Origin: a virus
IMG/VR virus record: IMGVR_UViG_3300031957_002603
Location: 67,466 to 131,465 of that record
Direction: 5' to 3' (one strand)
Length of the DNA: 64,000 nucleotides
Position numbers and translations under genes: made by a program. The notes beneath the pieces are model-generated. The model saw only the letters and a program-made list of their open reading frames with translations. It had not been told where the DNA came from and searched no databases. Position 1 is the first letter of the stretch; each line of letters begins with the position of its first letter. Positions 48,062 through 58,376 of this stretch are shown one piece after another.

Positions 48062-49303
48062 ATGGCATTTCCAACTTTAACACCTACTTCTCAACAATCA
48101 GCAATTGTTCTTCCCTCAACCGGATCGGCAGATGATGTTCTTTCATCTCTGCCTTTTGGTATTTATACAACCGGTTCTTTTATATCTGGTGCCGTAGATC
48201 AGGTTGCATATACATATCGCAAGTTAGGCGGTGATATTCTTGATCTTGAGATCAAAGCAGAAAATGTTTATGCAAACTATGAAGAAGCGGTATTAGAATA
48301 TTCCTATATTGTCAACCTTCATCAAGCAAAGAATACATTAGGATCTACATTAGGAAATCCAACTGGCTCTTTTAATGAAGACGGTGCTGTTATTGACGGC
48401 CAGACAGGCGTTGAGTTAAAATATCCAAAGTTTAATTTTGGATATGCTTTAAAAGTAGGCCAACAGTTCTCGCACGAAGCAGGAATTGGTGGAACTCTTC
48501 CAATCTATTCGGCCTCTTTTAATACAGTCGTAGATCAACAAGACTATGACCTCCAAGCAATTGTCTCCTCATCGGCAGAAGCCGGTGGTGTTCCTTACGA
48601 GGACATCGATAGAACAAAAAGAATTGTTATCAGAGATGTATTTTATCTTTCTCCTAGACAAATGTGGAGATTCTATGGCTATTATGGCGGACTTAACGTA
48701 GTTGGTAACCTTCATTCGTACGGACAGTTTGCAGATGACTCAACATGGCAGGTTGTTCCCGTTTGGCAGAACAAAATGCAGGCAATTCAATACGAAGATC
48801 ATCTCTATACACGTACATCTCATTATTCATATGAGATTATCAACAATAATCTTCGACTTTTCCCACCTCCTGACTCTGTTTCGCCAGAAAAGTTCTGGTT
48901 CCGCTTCTCAATTCGTGAATCAACATGGACTGATGAATATAATGATGGTCAAGATGGCGTAAACAACATGAATACGCTCCCATTTGAGAATATTCCATAC
49001 GAAAGCATCAACTCAATCGGTAAACAGTGGATCAGACGCTTTGCTTTGGCACTAAGCAAGGAAACATTGGGCCAAGTTCGCTCAAAATTTGGCAATAATG
49101 TGCCAATTCCCGGTGATAATGTAACTCTTAATGGTTCAGACCTTCTAAGCCAAGCAAAAGAAGAACAAGACAAATTACGCACAGAATTGAAAGAACAATT
49201 GGATCTAATGACATACGATAAACTTATCGAGACAGACAAAAACATTGTCGACAACACAAACGCAATTCAAAAACAAGTTCCTCTTGGAATCTTTGTGGGG
49301 TAA
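48062..49303 (+). CDS. Neck/head-tail adaptor (T4 gp13-like)
   Basis: RKLGG..LDLEI near the N-terminus and WIRRFALALSKETLGQVRSKF...IPG..VTLNG..L...AKEE near the C-terminus. Confidence 0.8.
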   Translation: MAFPTLTPTSQQSAIVLPSTGSADDVLSSLPFGIYTTGSFISGAVDQVAYTYRKLGGDILDLEIKAENVYANYEEAVLEYSYIVNLHQAKNTLGSTLGNPTGSFNEDGAVIDGQTGVELKYPKFNFGYALKVGQQFSHEAGIGGTLPIYSASFNTVVDQQDYDLQAIVSSSAEAGGVPYEDIDRTKRIVIRDVFYLSPRQMWRFYGYYGGLNVVGNLHSYGQFADDSTWQVVPVWQNKMQAIQYEDHLYTRTSHYSYEIINNNLRLFPPPDSVSPEKFWFRFSIRESTWTDEYNDGQDGVNNMNTLPFENIPYESINSIGKQWIRRFALALSKETLGQVRSKFGNNVPIPGDNVTLNGSDLLSQAKEEQDKLRTELKEQLDLMTYDKLIETDKNIVDNTNAIQKQVPLGIFVG

Positions 49304-49305
49304 TT

Positions 49306-51846
49306 ATGAAAATTAAAATCAAGAAAAAGCAAGTTTTAAGTGAAATAAGCGAAGAAGAATACGACTTCGTTAAGGAAGCATTGGAGATTCCTCCAAGCGA
49401 ATTGCCTTTCTCAAACATCTTCGGAGACAAATATAGAATTCTTGGAAATTTTAAGGTTGTAACCGACGAGCATGTTTTAAGCAAAGCCATTAAATTTCTT
49501 ACTGATAATGGTTGGACTTTTAATGATCCGGAGCCACCAAAAGCCTTTACTTTTACGAAAACATACGATCAGGTTGATGTAGACAGAAATGATCGTACAA
49601 AATTTGATAAAAATGTTAAGTCAGTAACTGAAACATTTACAATGCAAAAATTGATGCAAGACATGAATAAGGCGATGACTAAATCAATGCCAAATTCATT
49701 TGCCCAATACGAACAATTAAGAGAGGAAGCAAAAGAGTTGAACAAAACTTTTCTCGCAGCCGAAGGTGAAGAACAAGAAAAACTTAAAAACCAAATACAA
49801 ATAAACTTGTACAAACAGGTTAACGTAGGCAAGCGGATGAGAAACTATATGCACAAGTATCTCAACCCAAAGCGAAGCGATATTTCTTTTTATCACTATG
49901 GTGAGGAAGGGGCAGCACTAGGAAAAAGACTACGGAAAGGACTAGCAGAACTCATGCCTTTGTTTGCTGATCAGGCTGCTCTTTTTAAAATGCAAGAATC
50001 AATTGATGAATTGTTTGCGCCGGCTTATGTAATCTTCTCGCGACACCCAATTGATGTCTTTAGAATGTCCGACTTTACACAAATCACATCTTGCCATTCT
50101 CCGCCGTCATTGAAAGGAGACCAGAAGTTTGACCAATTCAACATTTGTGCTCTCGCCGAGGCTTATGCGAATGGAATGATCTCTTATGTTGTAACAGCAG
50201 AAGAATTTGAAAAGAATGAGATTGAGCCAACTCAAGAAGATCTCGATGCCTATGAAGACGATGAATTATTTTATGATGCCGAGCGTGGCGTAGGGGCCCT
50301 TGAGCCAAGATCACGAATTCGCATTAGACGAACAGCATACACTGATCCGGACACCAACAATGTAATTCCGCTTGCTGTTCCAGATCAAAAAGTTTACGGT
50401 CTTGATACCGGCGGTTTCAAAGAGTATGTAAGAAATTACATCGCAAACATTCAAAAAGCCGACCTTGAGAAGATTTTTCAAACCGAAGTTGAAGGTTTCC
50501 AAGATGGTTCAACCTTACTTAGCATCGACAATTTTGAAAGATTTGGTGGAAGTTATGAGGACAACGGAATGGCTGTCCGTGATAACCTTCCTATGATGTT
50601 CGCCTCCGCCCTTGATATTGACCCGCTCAAGATTATAGCATCCGGATACTTGAAATACGACAAGTCTCTTCAGAACGAACTTGAATCAAGAGCAGATGAA
50701 GAATTTGGAGCGAGTATAGAAGATGTGGAGCGTGATGTAGAAGTCTGGGCTGAACAGGCAAGCAGACGACAAGCGTGGTATTTTGATGTTGAGGTGGGCG
50801 AAATAAATGGCATTCCATCAATTGACGAAGTTGGTCTTGTAGTTTATGCTATTCTTCCGGAAGAAGTTGATGTCGCAAATAACTTCAGCAAAATCAATAA
50901 TATCTTTGAGGATTACAAAGATTATTTTTCTTTGCCTTGGGCCAACTTTGATCAAGTTGAGCCAGAAGAAATCGCAGTCTATGCCGCTGGTAATGTAGAC
51001 GATTCAAGTTTCTCATCTCCGTTTGTAAGAATCAGATACCCAGACCTTCAATTTATGGCTCGCAATGCGACAGGAGAATCTTTTAGATATGATAATTTAT
51101 TAGATCAACTTAGCCAACTTACAGAAAGCAGCAGAGATGGCGGAATGTCTATTGCTCTCGCAACCGACCCTTATGTTGAGGACGGCTTTGATAAAATTGC
51201 CACGACAATTCTTGGAATTACAGGTTTTGTTGATGATTCGGACTTTTATTTACAACAGGTTGCTAATGAATACTCTGTTCAAGATTACAAAGAGTGGGAA
51301 GAACAAAACGAAAGTTATGATTATATTGGGCCTTTTGAAATACAAACCGACGTTACATACACAAGCACTCTTTCAATTGACCTCTCTGTTCTTCAAGAGA
51401 GAGGTGGATACACTCCAAAGCAAGCCGCTACTCTTCTTATAATGCTGGGACAAGACGAGACGCTGCAAAGATTTTTAGTTGCCGAGATCAATAAAGAATG
51501 CCAAATTGCTGCGGGTAATGCTGACAGTTGGAACGGCATTATTATCCCATTCACAATTGAGGGCCCCAACAATTACAGTTCTGTTGAAGAAATCTTCGAA
51601 GAAGATCCAGATGGTCAGGTTGATGATTATTTCAACCTTCGTATGGAACTTGATCAAGACAGTGTTAGACTAAAGTCTGAGAAGGTTGCCCTTGCTGCTT
51701 TGTTGGAACAATACGACGAAGCCGAGATGGGAGAATTGATCCTAGCATTCTCCGAGCCACTGAAAGCAAAGATGCGAGAACTTGTTCCAGCCGAGCCAAC
51801 AAACGAAAGCAAAAAGCGAATGAAGGTTCGCATGATCCGAGGATAG
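49306..51846 (+). CDS. Large acidic hypothetical protein (putative internal head/ejected protein)
   Basis: 846 aa with basic ends bounded by LSE and TNE sites; inserted between the neck genes. Confidence 0.55.
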   Translation: MKIKIKKKQVLSEISEEEYDFVKEALEIPPSELPFSNIFGDKYRILGNFKVVTDEHVLSKAIKFLTDNGWTFNDPEPPKAFTFTKTYDQVDVDRNDRTKFDKNVKSVTETFTMQKLMQDMNKAMTKSMPNSFAQYEQLREEAKELNKTFLAAEGEEQEKLKNQIQINLYKQVNVGKRMRNYMHKYLNPKRSDISFYHYGEEGAALGKRLRKGLAELMPLFADQAALFKMQESIDELFAPAYVIFSRHPIDVFRMSDFTQITSCHSPPSLKGDQKFDQFNICALAEAYANGMISYVVTAEEFEKNEIEPTQEDLDAYEDDELFYDAERGVGALEPRSRIRIRRTAYTDPDTNNVIPLAVPDQKVYGLDTGGFKEYVRNYIANIQKADLEKIFQTEVEGFQDGSTLLSIDNFERFGGSYEDNGMAVRDNLPMMFASALDIDPLKIIASGYLKYDKSLQNELESRADEEFGASIEDVERDVEVWAEQASRRQAWYFDVEVGEINGIPSIDEVGLVVYAILPEEVDVANNFSKINNIFEDYKDYFSLPWANFDQVEPEEIAVYAAGNVDDSSFSSPFVRIRYPDLQFMARNATGESFRYDNLLDQLSQLTESSRDGGMSIALATDPYVEDGFDKIATTILGITGFVDDSDFYLQQVANEYSVQDYKEWEEQNESYDYIGPFEIQTDVTYTSTLSIDLSVLQERGGYTPKQAATLLIMLGQDETLQRFLVAEINKECQIAAGNADSWNGIIIPFTIEGPNNYSSVEEIFEEDPDGQVDDYFNLRMELDQDSVRLKSEKVALAALLEQYDEAEMGELILAFSEPLKAKMRELVPAEPTNESKKRMKVRMIRG

Positions 51847-51849
51847 TAA

Positions 51850-52344
51850 ATGTCAGAAGACAACAAATGGTCGAAGCCCGCATCTCCCCCGCCTCCTCTC
51901 TTTCTCGGAGAGAAGGAGCGCAACCTTGTTAAGCAGGTTAATGATGAGATCATTGAAAGGGTCATCGGCCAACAGATCCTATATTTTCCAATTGATATTG
52001 AAAGAACCAACTTCCATCCGGTATATGGCGAGGCCATTGAAAAAACTTTCTTGCACCCGATCAGAGTTCATGCGCTTGTAAATTATGAAGGCGTTGAAAC
52101 AACATATCTTGAAGGCTATGGACTTGATAAGCAAACAGGGATCGTTGTTAATTTCCACAAACGAAGATTGACAGAAGATCAAAACCTTTTTGTCCGTGAA
52201 GGAGATTTCGTTAGATACGGTGATATTTACTATGAGATAGTAAAATTAAGCGAGCCAAAACAATTGTTCGGACAAATCGAACATCGCTTTGAAGTTACTG
52301 CAACCTGCACTAGGGCAAGAGACGGAGTATTTAACGGTGAGTGA
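51850..52344 (+). CDS. Neck protein (T4 gp14-like)
   Basis: EIIERVIGQQILYFP, VYGEA..K.F and VREGDFV motifs; gene position. Confidence 0.7.
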   Translation: MSEDNKWSKPASPPPPLFLGEKERNLVKQVNDEIIERVIGQQILYFPIDIERTNFHPVYGEAIEKTFLHPIRVHALVNYEGVETTYLEGYGLDKQTGIVVNFHKRRLTEDQNLFVREGDFVRYGDIYYEIVKLSEPKQLFGQIEHRFEVTATCTRARDGVFNGE

Positions 52345-53176
52345 AGTAGAAGAGATTCCATTTTTGCCCTCGACAATTGAGACAATTGACGTTGGTTTAT
52401 ATAACTGGCTGAATGAGTCGCTAGACCTCCACACAACGACAAACGCCGGCTTTAAAAAAGTTCCTTGTCTTTGGTTATCGGCGGAACGATCATTCCAAAT
52501 TAAAAACAATAAAGATCTGCGTGACTCCTCTGGTAAATTAAAGTTGCCAATTATATCAATTCACAGAACTTCAATGGTGAAAGACCCTTCTTTTCGAGGC
52601 AGTCACTACGCACACTTGCCTGACAATTCTGATTATAAAGGCGGTGCAACCGCTGTGACACGACGCATCGTTCAAGTAAAAACAAGAAACTTTGCAAACG
52701 CCGATAAAGCCCGAGAACTTAAAAGTGGAGACCATACAGGCAGATCTAATAATAAGAAGATTGTCTATGAGACAATTGAGATGCCTCTGCCAACTTATGT
52801 GACATGCAATTATGATATCACTATAAGAACAGAGTATCTTCAGCAATTAAATGAGATTATCACGCCGTTTGTTACTCGGACAGGCGGTGTAAATCATTTC
52901 TTATTTGATAATGACGGTCACAGATACGAAGCCTTTATTCAGCAAGACTTTAACCCAGAATCAAATGTTGTTAATCTTGGTGAAGATGAAAGATACTTCG
53001 AGACCAAAGTCACAATTAAAGTTTTGGGATATTTAATGGGCGAAGGCGTTAATAGAGAAAAGCCAAAAGTTGTCGTTAGAGAGAACTATGTTGAAGTTAA
53101 AATGAGTAGAGAAAGGGTCATGGTTGGAGACCAATTACCATGGCGCACTGTAAATAAACAGAAATACCGAGAATAA
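52337..53176 (+). CDS. Tail terminator/sheath stabiliser (T4 gp15-like)
   Basis: VP.....AER, LPIISIHR, P.YV...YDITIRT...QLNEI. Likely GTG start at 52337 with GGAG RBS. Confidence 0.7.
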   Translation: MSEVEEIPFLPSTIETIDVGLYNWLNESLDLHTTTNAGFKKVPCLWLSAERSFQIKNNKDLRDSSGKLKLPIISIHRTSMVKDPSFRGSHYAHLPDNSDYKGGATAVTRRIVQVKTRNFANADKARELKSGDHTGRSNNKKIVYETIEMPLPTYVTCNYDITIRTEYLQQLNEIITPFVTRTGGVNHFLFDNDGHRYEAFIQQDFNPESNVVNLGEDERYFETKVTIKVLGYLMGEGVNREKPKVVVRENYVEVKMSRERVMVGDQLPWRTVNKQKYRE

Positions 53177-53197
53177 TTACTATTGATCCTAATCGAT

Positions 53198-53205
53198 ACT
53201 ATTTA
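53198..53205 (+). promoter_or_regulatory. Putative late promoter ACTATTTA (sheath)
   Basis: 39 nt before ATG 53237. Confidence 0.65.
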
Positions 53206-53236
53206 ATATGATTATAAATTTATAAGGAGTATATTA

Positions 53237-56185
53237 ATGCCTAGAAAGTTTGATTTTATTTCTCCCGGCATCCAATTGACCGAGGTTGATCAAAGCACTG
53301 TTCCAGCGCAATTGCAGGAAGACGGTCCGCTTTTAATTGGTCGTGCCCTTCGTGGACCTTCAATGAAGCCAATTAGAATCCAATCGTTTGATGATTTTGT
53401 CACAGTATTTGGCAATCCTGTATATGGTCCACAGCCCGGCCCAATGGATATTTGGAGACAAGGCAACACCGTTGCTCCAACTTACGCTGGTATTGCTGCT
53501 GAAGCATGGCTTGCAGCAAACGATACACCAATTACTTTCGTTCGCCTTTTGGGTGAACAATCAAGCAATGCAACCACTGCTGGCTATGCAGGATGGGATA
53601 CTGCTACTGACCTCGATACAGCATACTCTGCATCAGGTGGTGCTTTTGGTCTTTTCGTTGCTCCCTCTAGTTCAAACCCTCAAGTCAATTCTACTGGTTC
53701 ACTGGCTGCGATTTTTTATGTCAATGAAGGCTCAATTGAACTCTCAGGTACAATTGCTGACAATTCAGGCTCTATTGGCACTGGTTCTGCTACAATGATT
53801 GAATCTCTTGGAAGCGGTGAGCCCGCTACATTTAGAGCAATCGTAAAAAATGACAGTGGTACTATTGTTGATAATGTTGTATTTGATTTTACGCCCGGAA
53901 GTAAGAATTATATTAGAACTGTCTTTAATACAACTCCTCACAAAGTTAATTCTAGCATTAATGACAGTGCTGATCTTAAAACTTACTGGCTTGGAGAAAC
54001 ATTTGAAGAAATGCTTAATCGAGACGGCTCATCAGGCACAGGCCCGAGTGCTGGTGCTCAGTTAGGTATTGTGCTTGGACTTGCTTCTGGATCGGCTGGC
54101 GGCCCCGGAGGAACTTCAGGTGTTGTACCCGGTGCTGGTCGTGCTGACTTAACAGAATATTCAGATCATGAGTTTGCTGCAACTGCTGCTAAATCCGGCT
54201 GGATTATTAACAGAGATCCTTCTGAGGACAATATAAATTATACTCCAGAAAATGCTGAAAAACTTTTCCGTATTATTGCTCTGCATGAAGGCAAGGCTTT
54301 CCAAGACCAGTACTACTGCGCTATCGAAGGCCTTAGACTTGGAACCGAGGTTAACAAGAATTCAACCTTCACTCTCAGTGTTTATGAATGGGGAACCAAA
54401 AGACTTGTTGAACAATTCTCAAACCTTTCTATGAATCCTGTTTCAGACAACTACATTCTTAAAAGAATTGGCGATATGAATATGGTCTGGGATGACGGTG
54501 ATAAGAAATTCAATATGGTCGGAAAATACAACAATCAATCTGACTACATCCGAATTGAAATGGCTGACGCCCTTAAGAATGATCAGCAGCCTCAAGACGA
54601 ATATGCGCTTCCTTTTGGTTTCTACGGTCCTCAAAAGTTCAAGAACTTTTGCCTGTCTGGTAGTAATTCACGACCAGTAAGTCCAGATGACTACAGTTCA
54701 AATCTTTTAACTGCAATGGTTGTTGCTTCTGGTAATCTTCCCGGCGTTAATGAAAGAATTTCGTTGGCAGATCAAAGCGGCTTTGCTCTTATAGGCTCTG
54801 CTGAAGGGGATGATGAAAGAATCATCACATTTAAGTTTCCATCATTGAGACTAACCACCGTTAATTCAAAAGGCGTTCAGAATGCCAACTACAAAGTAAC
54901 CGACTTCTTTGGTGTTAATCAACAACTTTCTTCATCTAACTTATTAGATCAATCATACAGAGATCTTTTCCGAGCAATGCCTCGTGGATTTGATGCTCAC
55001 GAAAATACAGGCACTGCTGCCGATGCTACAGAAACTTCGTTCATCTTCTCACTTGATGATGTTGTTTATGACTCAACAAATGTTAGAGCATATTATGTTT
55101 CTGGTTCTCGTCTGGCTGGTACGTCTTATACTGCAACAAATGATGATCAAGCACTTCTTGATGCCAAAATCAAGCAATTCATCGTTCCACTCTTTGGTGG
55201 CTTTGATGGGCTTAACATTACCGAACTTGAACCTTTTAATAACCGAAGTGGTGTTATCGGGTCAAGCGAATCAACAAGTTACACATATTACAGTTTGAAC
55301 AAGGCTCTCGATATTGCCGAGGACCCAGAAACTGTTGAGATGGATCTTCTTCTTCTGCCCGGTATTAACAACTCTGATATCACCAACAGAATGATTGAAG
55401 TTGTTGATGAGCGCCAAGATTCTCTTGCAATCATTGACCTTGAAGATGCGTACACAACTTCAGCGGAGACCACACCTTCTCTAGAAGGCAAAGGTTCACT
55501 AGCAACTGTTGTCTCTAAAATTCGCTCAAGAAACTTTGATTCCTCATATGCTGCCGCATATCACCCATGGGTTAGAGTCCAGCAGAAAGGTGATACAGTT
55601 GTGACTCCTGTTCCTCCTTCAGTTGCTGCTTGCGGTGCTCTTGCAAGATCTCAAGCATTGAGCGCTCCTTGGTTTGCTCCTGCCGGATTCAATCGTGGTG
55701 GACTTACCAACCTTGGTGGAACCAACGGACCTAGCACGCTTTCAGTTGTTGAGACCATGAACAAAGCAAATCGTGATGACCTCTATGAACTTGATGTTAA
55801 CCCAATTGCTAGACTCCAAGGAGAGTTTGTAATCTTTGGTCAGAAGACACTCCAGCAAACTCCATCGGCTCTTGACAGAATCAACGTTCGTCGCATGATG
55901 ATTTATCTCAAGAAGAGAATCGGCAGAATTGCTAATACCATTCTGTTCGACCAGAACATCCAAGTTACTTGGAACAAGTTCAAGAGCAAATCAGAGCGCG
56001 TTCTTAACAGAATTAAAGCACGAGGCGGAATTACAGAATTCAAAGTTGTTCTTGATTCAACCACAACCACTCCAGATCTTCAGGACAGAAACATCCTATA
56101 TGCCAAGATCTATGTGAAGCCAGCCAAAGCAATCGAGTTTATTGCAGTTGACTTTGTAATCACGAGATCCGGAGTTCAATTCTAA
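53237..56185 (+). CDS. gp18: Tail sheath protein (T4 gp18-like)
   Basis: SPGIQLTEVDQS, PWFAPAGFNRG, FGQKTL, ALDRINVRR, KPAKAIEFI. Confidence 0.95.
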   Translation: MPRKFDFISPGIQLTEVDQSTVPAQLQEDGPLLIGRALRGPSMKPIRIQSFDDFVTVFGNPVYGPQPGPMDIWRQGNTVAPTYAGIAAEAWLAANDTPITFVRLLGEQSSNATTAGYAGWDTATDLDTAYSASGGAFGLFVAPSSSNPQVNSTGSLAAIFYVNEGSIELSGTIADNSGSIGTGSATMIESLGSGEPATFRAIVKNDSGTIVDNVVFDFTPGSKNYIRTVFNTTPHKVNSSINDSADLKTYWLGETFEEMLNRDGSSGTGPSAGAQLGIVLGLASGSAGGPGGTSGVVPGAGRADLTEYSDHEFAATAAKSGWIINRDPSEDNINYTPENAEKLFRIIALHEGKAFQDQYYCAIEGLRLGTEVNKNSTFTLSVYEWGTKRLVEQFSNLSMNPVSDNYILKRIGDMNMVWDDGDKKFNMVGKYNNQSDYIRIEMADALKNDQQPQDEYALPFGFYGPQKFKNFCLSGSNSRPVSPDDYSSNLLTAMVVASGNLPGVNERISLADQSGFALIGSAEGDDERIITFKFPSLRLTTVNSKGVQNANYKVTDFFGVNQQLSSSNLLDQSYRDLFRAMPRGFDAHENTGTAADATETSFIFSLDDVVYDSTNVRAYYVSGSRLAGTSYTATNDDQALLDAKIKQFIVPLFGGFDGLNITELEPFNNRSGVIGSSESTSYTYYSLNKALDIAEDPETVEMDLLLLPGINNSDITNRMIEVVDERQDSLAIIDLEDAYTTSAETTPSLEGKGSLATVVSKIRSRNFDSSYAAAYHPWVRVQQKGDTVVTPVPPSVAACGALARSQALSAPWFAPAGFNRGGLTNLGGTNGPSTLSVVETMNKANRDDLYELDVNPIARLQGEFVIFGQKTLQQTPSALDRINVRRMMIYLKKRIGRIANTILFDQNIQVTWNKFKSKSERVLNRIKARGGITEFKVVLDSTTTTPDLQDRNILYAKIYVKPAKAIEFIAVDFVITRSGVQF

Positions 56186-56193
56186 TGATCTAT

Positions 56194-56201
56194 ACTAATT
56201 A
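56194..56201 (+). promoter_or_regulatory. Putative late promoter ACTAATTA (tube)
   Basis: 29 nt before ATG 56223. Confidence 0.65.
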
Positions 56202-56222
56202 CAATAAAGGGAGATTAATATA

Positions 56223-56888
56223 ATGGCTTTTTGGACTGGAACAGGTGTAGAACCTAAAAGAAACTTTAGATTTAGAGTTCAGATTGGAACCACCAATTCT
56301 GATGGTAGTGAGTTTAACAATATCATTTGGTGGGCCAAGACTGTAACAACTCCATCTTTTGATTTGGGTGAAACCGAACACCATTACCTTGGGGGCAAGT
56401 ATTATTTCCCCGGTAAGGTGTCATGGTCGGAAGTCAATCTATCTTTGGTCGATCCTATTTCTCCTGATGCGGTTGGCTTTACAAATCAAATTTTGATTAA
56501 CTCTGGCTATATGGTTCCTGAAGGGACTGGTGTAAATCAATATCACACTATTTCCAAGAATCGCTCAATTGCTGCTGGATTAGAATATATCAGCATTGAA
56601 ATTTTAAGAGCAGATGGCGAAATTGTAGAACAATGGACTCTTCAACAGCCGTTTATCAAAGCAGCAAAGTTTGGAGATCTTGATTATTCTAATGAGGATT
56701 TAAGAACTGTTGAACTAACAATTAGATACGATTGGGCTACTTGCACGTTCCCTGAAACTCATCCAGATTTTGATGTAAGCACAACTTACTTCAACGTAGG
56801 TGATGCTCCAGTTGAAGGTTCACCAGCACCCTCTTACGAACCAGATTTTGATGGTCGCCCTGTAGATAACGGCTCTTCTAACAATTAA
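56223..56888 (+). CDS. gp19: Tail tube protein (T4 gp19-like)
   Basis: EPKRNFRF, PGKVSW, GEIVEQWTL, FGDLDY and LTIRYDWA. Confidence 0.88.
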   Translation: MAFWTGTGVEPKRNFRFRVQIGTTNSDGSEFNNIIWWAKTVTTPSFDLGETEHHYLGGKYYFPGKVSWSEVNLSLVDPISPDAVGFTNQILINSGYMVPEGTGVNQYHTISKNRSIAAGLEYISIEILRADGEIVEQWTLQQPFIKAAKFGDLDYSNEDLRTVELTIRYDWATCTFPETHPDFDVSTTYFNVGDAPVEGSPAPSYEPDFDGRPVDNGSSNN

Positions 56889-56898
56889 TAGAGGTTAA

Positions 56899-57522
56899 AT
56901 GGCTTTTTGGACCAACAACGCAGCCCCTAAAAGACAATATCGCTTCTCCATTCTTGATGCCAACGATGGCGTTGAAGATGGAGAAGCCATTTGGTATTGG
57001 GCCAAGTCAGTTACAAAGCCATCATACGAGATCTCAACAAACGAATATCAACTTATAAATCATAAATTTAAGTATCCGGGCATCCTGACTTGGAACGATG
57101 TCACAATCTCTATTGTTGACACATCAAATAAGACGCAATTGCTGCTGAATAAAGCCTTTAATTTCGGTTATATTTACCCTAACTACCCAAACATAACCGA
57201 GTATATAGATGGCATCTCGAAGTCACAAACTGAGGCTTATTTCGATGCTATTTCAATAAACCAATTGGACGATAAAGGCAACGTTCTTGAGGAATGGAAA
57301 CTGCGAGGAGCAATTTTAAAATCTGTAAACTTTGGGAGCCTTGATTATTCATCAGAGGACCTAGTTTCAATTGAACTTACAATAACATATGATTGGGCTG
57401 AAATTGACGGACTTGATGTAAGACCTGTTTCGGCTCCTGTCACTGTTGATAATGTCCAAGCCGGAGAGCAAGTGAATCAAGAGAATAATCCCGGCGGAAT
57501 CACAGAGACAACTGTAGCATAA
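56899..57522 (+). CDS. Second tail tube paralog
   Basis: MAFWT..PKRQYRF, PGILTW, EEWKL, FGSLDY and LTITYDWA. Confidence 0.85.
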   Translation: MAFWTNNAAPKRQYRFSILDANDGVEDGEAIWYWAKSVTKPSYEISTNEYQLINHKFKYPGILTWNDVTISIVDTSNKTQLLLNKAFNFGYIYPNYPNITEYIDGISKSQTEAYFDAISINQLDDKGNVLEEWKLRGAILKSVNFGSLDYSSEDLVSIELTITYDWAEIDGLDVRPVSAPVTVDNVQAGEQVNQENNPGGITETTVA

Positions 57523-57533
57523 CGAGGTGAAAT

Positions 57534-58376
57534 TTGACTACAAGAAATAATGAGGATAGAATCGGACCTCAAACAATCGATTCGGAGCCAACAGCGGCAT
57601 TGAACCCGCTTGAGTTTGTCGCTCCCACGGAATTGGTAGATATTCCATCAAAAGGTTTGCTTTATCCTGCCGATCATCCACTTCATGGAAAAGAAGAGAT
57701 CGAGATTAGGTATATGACAGCCAAAGAAGAGGACATCCTTACATCAAAGACGCTCCTTAAGAAAGGTGTTGCAATTGATCGCTTCCTTCAAAATATTATT
57801 GTTGATAAAAACATCAAAGTCAATGATCTTCTGATTGGAGATAAGAATGCAATCTTGATTGCTGCCCGTGCAACAGGCTATGGAAGCGATTATGAGACTC
57901 AAGTTGTATGCCCTAACTGTGGTACAAAGTCTCATGAGTCATTTGACCTTGCAAATCCGCATATAAATGAGTCAAAAGTTAATGAAGAACTTGGAATCAG
58001 AAAGACCGAGAACAATAATTTCCTTTTGACCATGCCATTTAGTAAATTTGAGGTCGAAATCAGAGTTTTAACCGGAAATGACGAGAAACAAATCACAAAA
58101 ATGGCCGAATCTCGCAAAAAAGGCATGATGCAAGAGACAGGAATGACCGATCAGTACAAAATGATGATTGTATCTGTGCAAGGCAATGCTCAAAGAAACG
58201 TTATTAACCATTATGTTGATAACATGCCTTTGCGTGACGCAAGATTTTTAAGAAATGCTTATAAAGTCGTCAATCCTGATGTTAAAGTCCAAAAGCATTT
58301 TGAATGTTCAAATTGTGGCTTTGATCAGGAAATGGAGGTGCCCTTTGGGGCTGACTTTCTTTGGCCTGACCGATAA
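57534..58376 (+). CDS. Baseplate hub/tail assembly chaperone (T4 gp26-like)
   Basis: IPSKG..YP, MTAKEEDIL, DLLIGDKNAILIAAR..GYG, CPNC and CSNC; TTG start with GAGG RBS. Confidence 0.75.
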   Translation: MTTRNNEDRIGPQTIDSEPTAALNPLEFVAPTELVDIPSKGLLYPADHPLHGKEEIEIRYMTAKEEDILTSKTLLKKGVAIDRFLQNIIVDKNIKVNDLLIGDKNAILIAARATGYGSDYETQVVCPNCGTKSHESFDLANPHINESKVNEELGIRKTENNNFLLTMPFSKFEVEIRVLTGNDEKQITKMAESRKKGMMQETGMTDQYKMMIVSVQGNAQRNVINHYVDNMPLRDARFLRNAYKVVNPDVKVQKHFECSNCGFDQEMEVPFGADFLWPDR

